A stretch of DNA of 34,146 nucleotides from Thermodesulfobacteriota bacterium (GCA_046754205.1 JBHHVK010000002.1:1-34146), one strand, 5' to 3'. Counted from the stretch's first letter, positions 1 to 8,028 are shown. A program made the numbers and translations. Notes: generated from the sequence alone by a model not told the origin.

Positions 1-102
1 ACTCCGGGGAGCGCTTCATCGAAGTGTTCTTCGGCCTGCCCGCATGGGTCTGCGATAGAGGCGCGGCGGCCCCGAAGGGGGCCGCCGCCGAAAGATACCG
101 AA

Positions 103-140
103 TAGGCCCGCGGCATCCTGCCGCGGGCCTATTTTTATTT
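103..140 (+). terminator. Rho-independent terminator of an upstream, off-window + strand gene
   Basis: 13-bp perfect stem TAGGCCCGCGGCA / TGCCGCGGGCCTA (103-115, 119-131) with a 3-nt loop, followed by TTTTTATTT. A second GC hairpin CGGCGGCCCC-GAAG-GGGGCCGCCG lies at 64-87. Confidence 0.75.
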
Positions 141-205
141 CATTCCCGCCGGGGGGGGCGGGGGGTGCGGGGCATGGTTGCGCTGACGTTCGAGCAAGTA
201 CCCCC

Positions 206-234
206 TTGACAGCCGGCGTGAACCTGCGTATAAT
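206..234 (+). promoter_or_regulatory. Sigma-70-type promoter of lexA
   Basis: TTGACA (206-211), 17-bp spacer, TATAAT (229-234), both perfect consensus hexamers, about 40 nt upstream of the lexA ATG. Confidence 0.75.
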
Positions 235-252
235 GGGTAACAGATGTTACCC
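235..252. promoter_or_regulatory. Candidate LexA operator (SOS box), perfect 18-bp palindrome
   Basis: GGGTAAC-AGAT-GTTACCC abuts the -10 hexamer and covers the expected transcription start. The AAC-N4-GTT core resembles the Cheo-type GAAC-N4-GTTC box. Placement fits lexA autoregulation. Confidence 0.6.
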
Positions 253-274
253 ATATTCGCGCGGAGAGTAGCAT

Positions 275-946
275 ATGGCCAGAGGGCTTACGGATAGGCA
301 AAAAGACGTGCTTGACTTCATAGAGGGGTTCATGGCGGCTCACGGCTACCCTCCGTCGGTCCGCGAGGTCGCCGCGTCTCTCGGCATAAGCGGGGCCGCC
401 AACGCCGCCAAGCACCTCGCGGCGCTTGAAAGGAAGGGTTATCTGCGCCGCAGGCCGGGACTATCGAGGGCCATGGAGCTCGCCGGCCCGGTAGCCCTCG
501 GCCCCGCCGGAGGGGGCGAGGGGGTGCAGGGAGGCGCGCGCGCCCTGTCCATCCCCATAGCCGGACGGGTGCGGGCCGGCGAGCCCCACCTCGCCGTCGA
601 GGACGTCGTCGGCCGCGTGGTCCTCGACGAGAGGTTCTTTGGCTGCGCCGACGCCTTCATGCTCCAGGTGGAGGGCGAGTCCATGACCGGCGCCGGCATA
701 GACGACGGTGACTTCGTCATAGTAAGGCCCCAGCCCACGGCCGAGAGCGGCGACATCGTGGTGGCCCTCATCGGCGACGAGGCCACGGTAAAGAGGTTCA
801 TGAGGAAGGGGGCGGATATAATACTCAAGCCGGAAAACCCGGAGATGGAGCCGATAACGCTCGCCGGGGCGGGCGCGGACGGCGAAGGCGGGGAGGTCTC
901 CATAATAGGTCGGGTAATATCGGTCATAAAGCGTGTGGAGAGGTGA
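275..946 (+). CDS. lexA: LexA repressor (winged-helix DNA-binding domain plus S24 autopeptidase)
   Basis: N-terminus LTDRQKDVLDFI...GYPPSVREVA. Ala-Gly cleavage context GRVRAGEP. Catalytic Ser in GESM and Lys in VKRF. GGAGAG RBS 7 nt upstream of the ATG. Confidence 0.93.
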   Translation: MARGLTDRQKDVLDFIEGFMAAHGYPPSVREVAASLGISGAANAAKHLAALERKGYLRRRPGLSRAMELAGPVALGPAGGGEGVQGGARALSIPIAGRVRAGEPHLAVEDVVGRVVLDERFFGCADAFMLQVEGESMTGAGIDDGDFVIVRPQPTAESGDIVVALIGDEATVKRFMRKGADIILKPENPEMEPITLAGAGADGEGGEVSIIGRVISVIKRVER

Positions 947-950
947 GGGG

Positions 951-979
951 GACGGGGGACAGGGGGCCTGTCCCCCGTC
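951..979 (+). terminator. Strong GC hairpin just after the lexA stop, with no U-tract
   Basis: GACGGGGGACAGG (951-963) pairs with CCTGTCCCCCGTC (967-979) around a GGG loop. It is not followed by a T-run, so it may be a stabiliser or a partial terminator. Confidence 0.4.
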
Positions 980-1277
980 CGGGAGAGGGCTCAGGCCGGG
1001 CGGCCGCCTGCAAGCTCGTAGCTTACCCTGCGCCCCATAGGGCGCTTTGGTGTATGGGCCTTGCGGGGCGGGGGACTTCCCCTGCCCGCAAGGCCGCCCC
1101 GGAAGCCATCCCGCTTAACCGCTTCGCTTCTCCGCCTCGATGGCTTCCCCGCCCCCCTGCGGGCCCGCTCTTTACGCCCCGCAGAGCCCCATACACCGGG
1201 TGTTGTTCTTAAAAACAGAACCCGGAGGGCGGCCCCGCTCGCGGCTCCGGCCTCCATCCCTACGCCCGCTTTACCCG

Positions 1278-1296
1278 ACACCCCGGGGGTGTTTTT
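1278..1296 (+). terminator. Terminator-like palindrome with a T-run, closing the structured lexA-downstream region
   Basis: ACACCCC/GGGGGTGT near-palindrome followed by TTTTT (1292-1296). A related motif ACACCGGGTGT plus GTTCT-TAAAAAC-AGAAC lies about 90 nt upstream. Confidence 0.4.
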
Positions 1297-1408
1297 AAAA
1301 GGCAAGGACTGCCTTTGATTACTTTTCCGTCCTGCCAGGATGGTCAGGCGGGCCTCGATCCATGTGTTTTAATTGCGGCCTGTTGAATCGATCCTGAAAA
1401 GTCGAGAC

Positions 1409-1425
1409 GCTGAACTATATTCAGC
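1409..1425. promoter_or_regulatory. Inverted repeat overlapping a -10-like hexamer upstream of the small ORF and dinB
   Basis: GCTGAA-CTATA-TTCAGC. TATATT (1416-1421) sits inside it and CTGAAA lies 16 bp upstream. The geometry differs from the lexA palindrome. Confidence 0.4.
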
Positions 1426-1444
1426 ATGACAAAAACGGTGTCAC

Positions 1445-1735
1445 GTGGAATTTATTTCAGGGTCTGAATATCCTTTCGCCAACGGGACGTGCCTTATGCC
1501 TGTCACCATAAAAGACCCCATAGACGTAGTGGCCGTCTTCGACCGCGGCCTGAGGCCCGTCAAGTTCAAATGGAGGGGGAGGGTGCACGCGATCTCCGAG
1601 ATAACCTACAGGTGGAGTACCAGGGAGGGGGCAACTGCCGTGCTCCACTTCTCGGTCACGGACGGGGCGGCCCTCTATGAGCTCGCCTGCAACACCTCCA
1701 CCCTCAGGTGGACCCTGGAGAGGGTCGAGGCGTGA
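1445..1735 (+). CDS. Small hypothetical protein directly upstream of dinB
   Basis: ORF track 96 aa with a GTG start. An alternative ATG at 1496 gives 79 aa (MPVTIKDPIDVVAVF...). Non-repetitive, balanced composition, unlike the Pro/Arg/Gly shadow ORFs. Stop lies 50 nt before the dinB ATG. No family recognised. Confidence 0.5.
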   Translation: MEFISGSEYPFANGTCLMPVTIKDPIDVVAVFDRGLRPVKFKWRGRVHAISEITYRWSTREGATAVLHFSVTDGAALYELACNTSTLRWTLERVEA

Positions 1736-1785
1736 GGGGACCGGGGGGCAAATCGGGCGGCGGGGGGGATAAGCGGCGGGTCGTG

Positions 1786-2994
1786 ATGCTCCTCGACATG
1801 GACGCCTTCTTCGCCTCCGTGGAGCAGAGGACCGCCCCGGCCCTTCGGGGCAGGCCCATAGCCGTCGTGGGCTCGGCCGAAAGGACCGTCGTGACCACGG
1901 CGAGCTACGAGGCGCGAGCCTGGGGCGTAAAGACGGGCATGAACAAGTTCGAGGCAAAAAGGCTCTGCCCGCAGCTCATCTTCGTCGTGGGGAACAACCA
2001 GAAGTACATGGATACCTCCATGCGGGTGCTCGGCATCCTCAAGAGGTACTCCCCGCTCGTCGAGGTCTACTCCATAGACGAGGCCTTCGTGGAGCTCACC
2101 GGCACCGGGGGGCTCCTCGGCCCCCCCGGGGCCGTGGCCATGGAGATAAAGGAGAGGATCCGGGGAGACCTGGGCCTTACCTGCTCGGTGGGCATAGCGC
2201 CGAACAAGCTCCTGGCCAAGCTCGCCGCCGGCATGGATAAGCCCGACGGCCTCGTGGAGATAGGCCCCGGGGACGCGGCCGGGGTGCTCGAAGACCTCCC
2301 CGTGGGCGAGCTCTGGGGCATAGGCCCGCGCCTCGTCGCCCACCTCGGGGCCATGGGCGTTAAGACCTGCGGCCAGCTCGGCAGGTTTCCCGCAAGCCTC
2401 CTCAGAAAGAGGTTCGGGATAATAGGCGAGAGGCTCAAGCTCATGGGCCTCGGCGTCGACCACGCCCCGGTCGTCCCCGAGGGCGAGGCCGAAGAGGTCA
2501 GGAGCGTGGGACACTCGACCACGCTCCCGGCGGACGTATCGGACAGGGGTGAGATAAACAGGTACATACTAAAACTCTCCGAGAAGGTCGCCGCGAGGGC
2601 CAGGAGGCACGGCCTTGCCGGGACCACGATCTCCGTTACGGTCAGGTACCCGGACTTCCATACCTTCGGGCGGACGAAGACCCTCGCCGTCCCGACGAGC
2701 GATACCAGGGTCATCTACCGCACGGCCCTCGACATAGTCGGCTCCATACGCCTCAGGTCGGCGGTCAGGCTCCTCGGGGTGTGCCTCTCCGGAATAACCA
2801 GGGGGCCTCTCCAGATGCGGCTCTTCGAGGAGGACAGGCAGAGGGAGGCGCTCCTCGGGGCCCTGGACTCGATCAACGGCCTCTACGGCGAGCGGACGCT
2901 CTCCTGGGCCACGCTCTTCGACCGCGAGGACGGCCCGGGGGTGATCTCCCCGTCGTGGAGGCCGGCGGGGGCCAGGCGGGTGGATGTGAAGTAG
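1786..2994 (+). CDS. dinB: DNA polymerase IV (Y-family translesion polymerase)
   Basis: MLLDMDAFFASVEQR and SIDEAFVEL catalytic motifs, and LPVGELWGIGP. Start placed at the ATG at 1786, where Y-family N-termini begin, not at the upstream ORF-track start at 1708. Confidence 0.92.
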   Translation: MLLDMDAFFASVEQRTAPALRGRPIAVVGSAERTVVTTASYEARAWGVKTGMNKFEAKRLCPQLIFVVGNNQKYMDTSMRVLGILKRYSPLVEVYSIDEAFVELTGTGGLLGPPGAVAMEIKERIRGDLGLTCSVGIAPNKLLAKLAAGMDKPDGLVEIGPGDAAGVLEDLPVGELWGIGPRLVAHLGAMGVKTCGQLGRFPASLLRKRFGIIGERLKLMGLGVDHAPVVPEGEAEEVRSVGHSTTLPADVSDRGEINRYILKLSEKVAARARRHGLAGTTISVTVRYPDFHTFGRTKTLAVPTSDTRVIYRTALDIVGSIRLRSAVRLLGVCLSGITRGPLQMRLFEEDRQREALLGALDSINGLYGERTLSWATLFDREDGPGVISPSWRPAGARRVDVK

Positions 2995-3307
2995 CCCCGC
3001 CCGCGCGGGGGAAGGGAAAAGATGGTCCCTCTAATAATCTTCTAATATTCAGTTCCCTATAATGGCGGCATTGGATAAAGGCGCGCCGCCCAGGCCCGAA
3101 GAACGTGCAAGCAGTATAAGCCATCCCTTCCGTCCCGCCGGGACGGATACCATAGCAACGGCACCAGAGCCCGCCAACCATCCGCTTCTCCATCCTCCAT
3201 CCGGGAGGCCCTCTACCGAGGGCCTCCCGGCCTTGCATCCGCCGGAACGCCGCGGGGCGGGTCCTGCCGGAAAGATGGATAAGAGTCCCGTCGGCGCCTT
3301 TTCGTCT

Positions 3308-3325
3308 ACTGTAAACATTTACAGT
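3308..3325. promoter_or_regulatory. CTGT-N8-ACAG-type palindrome in the helicase leader
   Basis: ACTGTAAA-CA-TTTACAGT with 8-bp arms, 83 nt upstream of the ATG at 3408. It matches the gammaproteobacterial LexA-box outline CTGT-N8-ACAG but not the palindrome at lexA itself. Confidence 0.35.
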
Positions 3326-3407
3326 TGGTAAGCGGCGGGCCTTTGTGTTATCATTCGCCGTCATCAATCGAGGAAAAGGAGAGATACAGGCATTGGCAGA
3401 CCAGAGC

Positions 3408-5018
3408 ATGAACTTCGGCGACCTCGGGTTGAGCCCCGAGCTCTTGAGGGCCGTAACGGAAATGGGCTTCGAGGAGCCCACGCCCATCCAGAGAGAGGCC
3501 GTCCCGGTGCTGCTCGCCGGGAGCGACCTGATAGGACAGGCCCAGACGGGCACGGGAAAGACCGCGGCCTTCGGCATCCCCATCGTCGAGGGCATAGAGC
3601 CGGGGGCGCGGGGCGTGCAGGCCTTAGTGCTGACACCCACGCGCGAGCTCGCCGTACAGGTCTCCGAGGAGGTTAACAGGCTCGGGTGCTTCAAGCGCCT
3701 CCATGCGCTCGCCGTCTACGGCGGGACGTCCATCGAAAGGCAGATAAAGAGGCTCGAAAGGGGCGTGCACATGGTCGTTGGAACCCCGGGGCGAGTCCTT
3801 GACCACCTGTCGAGAAAGACGCTCGACCTCTCGGCCGTGCGGTTCCTGGTCCTCGACGAGGCGGACGAGATGCTCGACATGGGCTTTATCGACGACATAA
3901 AAAAGATACTGGCCCGGGCCCCGGAGGCCAGGCAGACGATGCTCTTTTCCGCCACCATGCCCCCGGAGATAATGAAAATAGCCCGGCTCCACATGAAGTC
4001 CCCGGCCAACGTCCGCGTGAGGAGCGATTCGCTCACCGCCTCTAAGATCAACCAGGTCTTCTACGAGGTCCGGGAGTCGGAAAAACTCAACACGCTGTGC
4101 AAGCTCATAGACTCCGACGCCGACGGCGTCTTTCTCGTCTTCTGCCACACCAGGCAGGATACCGACGACGTAACGAGCCACCTCAAGATGCGTGGATACG
4201 ACGCCGAGGCCATCCACGGCGACTTCGACCAGTCAAGGCGCGAGGCGGTGCTCCGCAAGTTCAGGCGCGAGGCCATAGACGTGCTCGTAGCCACCGACGT
4301 CGCGGCCCGGGGGCTCGACATAACGAGCATCACCCACGTGGTGAACTACTCCATCCCCCAGAACCCGGAAAGCTACGTCCACAGGATAGGCAGGACCGGG
4401 AGGGCGGGACGCCAGGGGGCCGCCATAACCTTCGTCACGCCCCGGGAGCAGAAACAGCTCCGGCTGATAAAGAAGGTCTCACGGGCCGACATACGGAGGG
4501 GGAAGCTCCCCACGGAGGAAGAGATAAGAGAGGTGAGGCTAGCCAACCTGAAGGAGAAGGTGACCGAGTTCGCCGGGGGCGAGCGTTACGACGACTTCCT
4601 CGAGCTCGCCGCCGGGTTCACCGCCGACATCGACCCCCTCGGGGCGGTGGCGGCGCTCCTGAAGTTCCACCTTGAGGGCGTGCGGAACGAGGCGGAGAGG
4701 AGCGCCGACCCGGCCCTCGACGAGACCGGGGCCCCTCCGGGCATGGCCAGGCTCTTCATCACCATAGGCCGAGAGCAGGGCGTAAGCGCCATGGACCTCG
4801 CCGAGACCATCTCGGACAGGGCCGGGCTCCCGAGAAATTCCATAAAGGGTGTGAACCTCTTCGACAGCTTCGCCTTCGTCGAGGTGCCGAGAGACGGCGC
4901 CGAGAAGGTCATCGAGCGCATGCACAGGAGCGTGATCTCGGGGCGCAAGGTGGTGGTGGCCCCGGCCAGACCACGCTCCGCGCCATTTCCTGGCCACAGG
5001 GCGCCGCTCGGGAAATGA
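3408..5018 (+). CDS. deaD: DEAD-box ATP-dependent RNA helicase with a C-terminal DbpA-type RNA-binding domain (DeaD/CsdA-like)
   Basis: FEEPTPIQ, AQTGTGKT, VLDEADEML (DEAD), SAT and HRIGRTGRAG motifs, and a C-terminal RLFITIGREQGV...FAFVEV domain. The ATG at 3408 gives the usual MNFGDLGL N-terminus. TTG 3393 and GTG 3345 are alternative starts. Confidence 0.9.
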   Translation: MNFGDLGLSPELLRAVTEMGFEEPTPIQREAVPVLLAGSDLIGQAQTGTGKTAAFGIPIVEGIEPGARGVQALVLTPTRELAVQVSEEVNRLGCFKRLHALAVYGGTSIERQIKRLERGVHMVVGTPGRVLDHLSRKTLDLSAVRFLVLDEADEMLDMGFIDDIKKILARAPEARQTMLFSATMPPEIMKIARLHMKSPANVRVRSDSLTASKINQVFYEVRESEKLNTLCKLIDSDADGVFLVFCHTRQDTDDVTSHLKMRGYDAEAIHGDFDQSRREAVLRKFRREAIDVLVATDVAARGLDITSITHVVNYSIPQNPESYVHRIGRTGRAGRQGAAITFVTPREQKQLRLIKKVSRADIRRGKLPTEEEIREVRLANLKEKVTEFAGGERYDDFLELAAGFTADIDPLGAVAALLKFHLEGVRNEAERSADPALDETGAPPGMARLFITIGREQGVSAMDLAETISDRAGLPRNSIKGVNLFDSFAFVEVPRDGAEKVIERMHRSVISGRKVVVAPARPRSAPFPGHRAPLGK

Positions 5019-5094
5019 CGCGTCCACTCGGGAGCGAGCGACGCCGGACTCGTTGAAATCCCCAAAATCCCGTTGATATCCTTAAAGAATTCCC

Positions 5095-5122
5095 TTGACA
5101 CCGGGCCGCTTTATGGTAAAAT
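5095..5122 (+). promoter_or_regulatory. Promoter for tRNA-Val (and possibly thrS)
   Basis: TTGACA (5095-5100), 16-bp spacer ending in an extended -10 TG (5114-5115), TAAAAT (5117-5122). Confidence 0.6.
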
Positions 5123-5215
5123 TTTTACACTCCGGCACCGTCGGTGTATACATTCGTGTGTAATCGTACGGGCATCGTAACCCTTCGGGGTTTTTATGTT
5201 TTTACAGAGGACTGA

Positions 5216-5290
5216 AGGCGCGTAGCTCAGTGGGAGAGCGCTACCTTGACACGGTAGAGGTCGGCGGTTCGAAACCGCCCGTGCCTACCA
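5216..5290 (+). tRNA. tRNA-Val (anticodon GAC)
   Basis: Hand-folded cloverleaf. Acceptor AGGCGCG/CGTGCCT with one G-U pair. D arm GCTC-AGTGGGA-GAGC. Anticodon arm CTACC-TTGACAC-GGTAG. T arm GGCGG-TTCGAAA-CCGCC. Discriminator A and encoded CCA. Confidence 0.93.
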
Positions 5291-5495
5291 TCATACGTTG
5301 AATACGTCCGCCGGGGCCGACAGGACTCTCGGGGCCGTACCCCTCCGCCCGGCTTTCTCCGGCGGAGCGGAACCGATTAAAGGCGCAGGCGCGGCTTGAG
5401 GGCCGCTCAAGACGTATCCGCTTTTATCTCCCCGCCTCCTGGAAAGGGTCTTCCCGGAGGCGGCTTTGCATACTGAGGGGCTTACGACTGACCGA

Positions 5496-7421
5496 ATGAA
5501 ACATGTTATCTTTCCCGAGGGCACGGAAAAGAGCTTCGTAGCCGGCTCGACCATCTTCGATGTCATAAAGGACGAGTACAAGGGCGGGGCCGGCGCGGTG
5601 GTCGCCGCCCGGGTCGATGGCGACCTCGTCGACCTGAGGCTCCGGTTGGCGGACTTCGCCGCCGACCCGCTCCGCGTGGACCCGGTGACGGCCGACTCCC
5701 CCGAGGGGCTCGAGGTCTACCGCCACACCACGAGCCACGTCATGGCCCAGGCGGTCAAGTCGCTCTTCGGCGAGGCCAGGGTCGCCATAGGACCGGCCAT
5801 AGAGGACGGCTTCTACTACGACTTCGACATCGACCATAACTTCACCCCCGAGGACCTCGCGCGGATCGAGGCCCGGATGAAGGAGATAGTAAAGGCCAAC
5901 CACCGGATCCTGCGCGAAGAGATAGGAAAAGACGAGGCCATAGCCCTCTTCCGCGAGATGGGCGAGGACTACAAGGTCGAGCTCATCGAGGAGATCCCCG
6001 ACGACCGCGTCTCGGTCTACAGGCAGGACGGCTTCGTCGACCTCTGCAGGGGGCCGCACCTGGCGAGCACTGGCCGCATAAAGGCCTTCAAGCTCACCGG
6101 CGTGGCCGGGGCCTACTGGAGGGGTGACGAGCACAACAAGATGCTCCAGCGCATCTACGGCACCGCCTTCCCCACAAGGGAGAGGCTCAAGGAGCACCTG
6201 GCCCGGATAGAGGAGGCCAAAAGGCGGGACCACAGGAGGCTCGGCCGGGAGCTCGACCTCTTCTCCACAAAGGAGGAGATCGGCGCGGGCCTCGTCCTCT
6301 GGCACCCCAGGGGGGCCGCGGTACGGACCATCATAGAGGACTTCTGGAGAGGGGAGCACGCAAGGCACGACTACCAGATAATCTACTCGCCCCACATAGC
6401 CCACGTGGGGCTCTGGAAGACGAGCGGCCATTGGGACTTCTACCGCGAGAACCTCTTCAGCCCCATGGACGTGGAGGGCACGGACTTCATCGTAAAGCCG
6501 ATGAACTGCCCCTTCCACATCCAGATATACAAGAGCAGGCTCAGGAGCTACCGCGACCTGCCCATAAGGTACGCCGAGCTCGGCACCGTCTACAGGTATG
6601 AACGTTCCGGGGTGCTCCACGGGCTCCTGCGCGTAAGGGGCTTTACCCAGGACGACGCGCACATCTTCATGGTCCCGGCGCAGCTGACCGGCGAGATCGC
6701 CGGGGTGCTGAAATTTACGCTTTACATATTAAAGTCTTTCGGCTTTAATGAATTCGAGGTATATCTCTCCACGAGGCCCGAGAAGTACGTGGGGGACCTC
6801 GGCAACTGGGCCTCCGCCGAGGCGGCTCTCAAGGCCGCCCTCGAATCGGAGGGTATCGACTACCGGATAGACCCGGGCGAAGGCGTTTTCTACGGCCCGA
6901 AGATAGACATAAAGATAAAGGACTCTCTCGGAAGGAGTTGGCAGTGCTCCACCATACAGGTGGACTTCAACCTCCCCGAGAGGTTCGACGTAACGTACAG
7001 GGACGAGAACGGCGAAGAGGCCCGTCCCATTATGATACACCGCGCGCTCATGGGCTCGCTCGAGCGTTTCTTCGGCTGCCTTGTCGAGCACTACGCGGGC
7101 GCCTTTCCCGTCTGGCTCGCGCCGGTCCAGGCCGTGGTCCTCACCGTAACCGACAGGGTCCGGGACTACGGCCTGCAGGTCTGCCAGAGGCTCAGGGATG
7201 CCGGACTCAGGGCGGAGCTCGACGGCAGGAACGAAAAGCTCGGCCTCAAGATAAGGGAAGCGCAACTCAAGAAAATCCCCTACCAGCTCGTAGTGGGGGA
7301 CAGGGAAGAGGAAATGGGCCAGGTGGCCCCGAGGCTCATGGGCGGCAAGAGCCTTGAGCCCATGGACGTAGACGGGCTCATAGAACGCATCAGGCGGGAA
7401 AATAAGCCTCAAGGGGGGTGA
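5496..7421 (+). CDS. thrS: Threonyl-tRNA synthetase
   Basis: TGS-type N-terminus MKHVIFPEG, HTTSHVMAQA editing-domain motif, class II core FHIQIYKSRLRSYRDLP...RVRGFTQDDAHIF, and an anticodon-binding C-terminus. Start set at the ATG at 5496 rather than the TTG at 5466. Confidence 0.95.
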   Translation: MKHVIFPEGTEKSFVAGSTIFDVIKDEYKGGAGAVVAARVDGDLVDLRLRLADFAADPLRVDPVTADSPEGLEVYRHTTSHVMAQAVKSLFGEARVAIGPAIEDGFYYDFDIDHNFTPEDLARIEARMKEIVKANHRILREEIGKDEAIALFREMGEDYKVELIEEIPDDRVSVYRQDGFVDLCRGPHLASTGRIKAFKLTGVAGAYWRGDEHNKMLQRIYGTAFPTRERLKEHLARIEEAKRRDHRRLGRELDLFSTKEEIGAGLVLWHPRGAAVRTIIEDFWRGEHARHDYQIIYSPHIAHVGLWKTSGHWDFYRENLFSPMDVEGTDFIVKPMNCPFHIQIYKSRLRSYRDLPIRYAELGTVYRYERSGVLHGLLRVRGFTQDDAHIFMVPAQLTGEIAGVLKFTLYILKSFGFNEFEVYLSTRPEKYVGDLGNWASAEAALKAALESEGIDYRIDPGEGVFYGPKIDIKIKDSLGRSWQCSTIQVDFNLPERFDVTYRDENGEEARPIMIHRALMGSLERFFGCLVEHYAGAFPVWLAPVQAVVLTVTDRVRDYGLQVCQRLRDAGLRAELDGRNEKLGLKIREAQLKKIPYQLVVGDREEEMGQVAPRLMGGKSLEPMDVDGLIERIRRENKPQGG

Positions 7422-7439
7422 CTCTTTATAGCCAGGGAT

Positions 7440-7946
7440 ATTACGAGAGTAAACAAGATGATAAGGGTCTCGGAGGTGCGCGTGGTCGACACCGAGGGCG
7501 AACAGCTCGGGATAATGCCCACGCATGAAGCCTTAAACGTCGCCGGGGACCGCGGACTCGACCTCGTGGAGGTGGCGCCTCAGGCCAAGCCGCCCGTCTG
7601 CCGCATCATGGACTACGGGAAGTACAAGTACCAGATGAGCAAGAAGGCGCGGGACGCCCGCAAGCGCCAGACGGTCATCCTCCTGAAGGAGGTCAAGTTC
7701 AAGACCCGCACCGACGAGCACGACTTCCAGTTCAAGCTCAGGAACATCAAGAGGTTCCTGAAGGACGGCAACAAGGTTAAGGTTACCGTCATGTTCAGGG
7801 GCCGGGAGATAACGCACCCGGAGATAGCCAGGAACATCCTCGAGCGCGTCGTGGAGGAGATAAAGGACGAGGCTGTAATCGAGGCCAAACCCAGGCTCGA
7901 AGGCCGCTTCATGACGATGTTCGCGGCGCCCCACCAGCCGAAGTAA
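7440..7946 (+). CDS. infC: Translation initiation factor IF-3, probable non-AUG (ATT) start
   Basis: ORF-track protein MIRVSEVRVVDTEGEQLGI...PPVCRIMDYGKYKYQ. The in-frame upstream extension ATT ACG AGA GTA AAC AAG encodes ITRVNK and completes the conserved RINxxIR N-terminus. The frame is open back to the thrS stop. Confidence 0.8.
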   Translation: MTRVNKMIRVSEVRVVDTEGEQLGIMPTHEALNVAGDRGLDLVEVAPQAKPPVCRIMDYGKYKYQMSKKARDARKRQTVILLKEVKFKTRTDEHDFQFKLRNIKRFLKDGNKVKVTVMFRGREITHPEIARNILERVVEEIKDEAVIEAKPRLEGRFMTMFAAPHQPK

Positions 7947-7976
7947 CCGGCCCCGGGGGGCCGGTTGCCGGTTATC

Positions 7977-8004
7977 GGTCAACGGATAACGGTCAACGGA
8001 TAAC
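7977..8004 (+). repeat. Perfect 14-bp tandem direct repeat in the infC-rpmI spacer
   Basis: GGTCAACGGATAAC x2. The upstream segment CCGGTTATCGG (7968-7978) can pair with the CGGATAACGG part of either copy. Confidence 0.8.
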
Positions 8005-8028
8005 GGAATAGAAGGAGCGTAAGAGAAG

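Noticed and set aside
1-58. A possible 3' end of a + strand CDS at the left edge.
   Set aside because: It is too short to assign a frame or product. Only the downstream terminator is reported.
943-1318. Three mutually overlapping ORFs (943-1212 +, 991-1305 -, 1061-1318 +) in the lexA-downstream spacer, and ORF 3062-3331 in the helicase leader.
   Set aside because: They overlap on both strands, have Pro/Arg/Ala/Gly-dominated composition, lack an RBS, and sit in dense hairpin structure. I treat these regions as non-coding structured DNA or RNA.
1675-2514. Long antisense or alternative-frame ORFs shadowing real genes. Examples: 1675-2514(-), 5424-6662(-), 6729-7526(-), 10156-11793(-), 16978-18039(-), 18036-19541(-), 25462-26736(-), 27120-28112(-), 28009-29076(-), 29378-30385(+), 33357-34136(-).
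   Set aside because: They lie opposite or out of frame to ORFs with unmistakable family motifs. Their products are Arg/Pro/Gly/Ala/Glu/Val-rich low-complexity strings, as expected from a GC-rich sequence with few stop codons, and none shows a recognisable motif.
1409-3325. Treating the three palindromes (235-252, 1409-1425, 3308-3325) as one common LexA regulon motif.
   Set aside because: Their half-sites and spacings differ (7-4-7, 6-5-6, 8-2-8, with different arm sequences). Only the first has the classic autoregulatory placement, so the others are reported separately at low confidence.
5432-5463. The hairpin CCGCCTCCTGGAA-AGGGTC-TTCCCGGAGGCGG upstream of thrS as a tRNA-Thr anticodon-arm mimic (E. 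coli-type ThrRS operator), or a T-box leader.
   Set aside because: The loop is 6 nt and lacks the U33 / A37 context around GGU. No T-box specifier, AGAGA or T-box sequence is present. It is more simply a terminator or processing hairpin after tRNA-Val.
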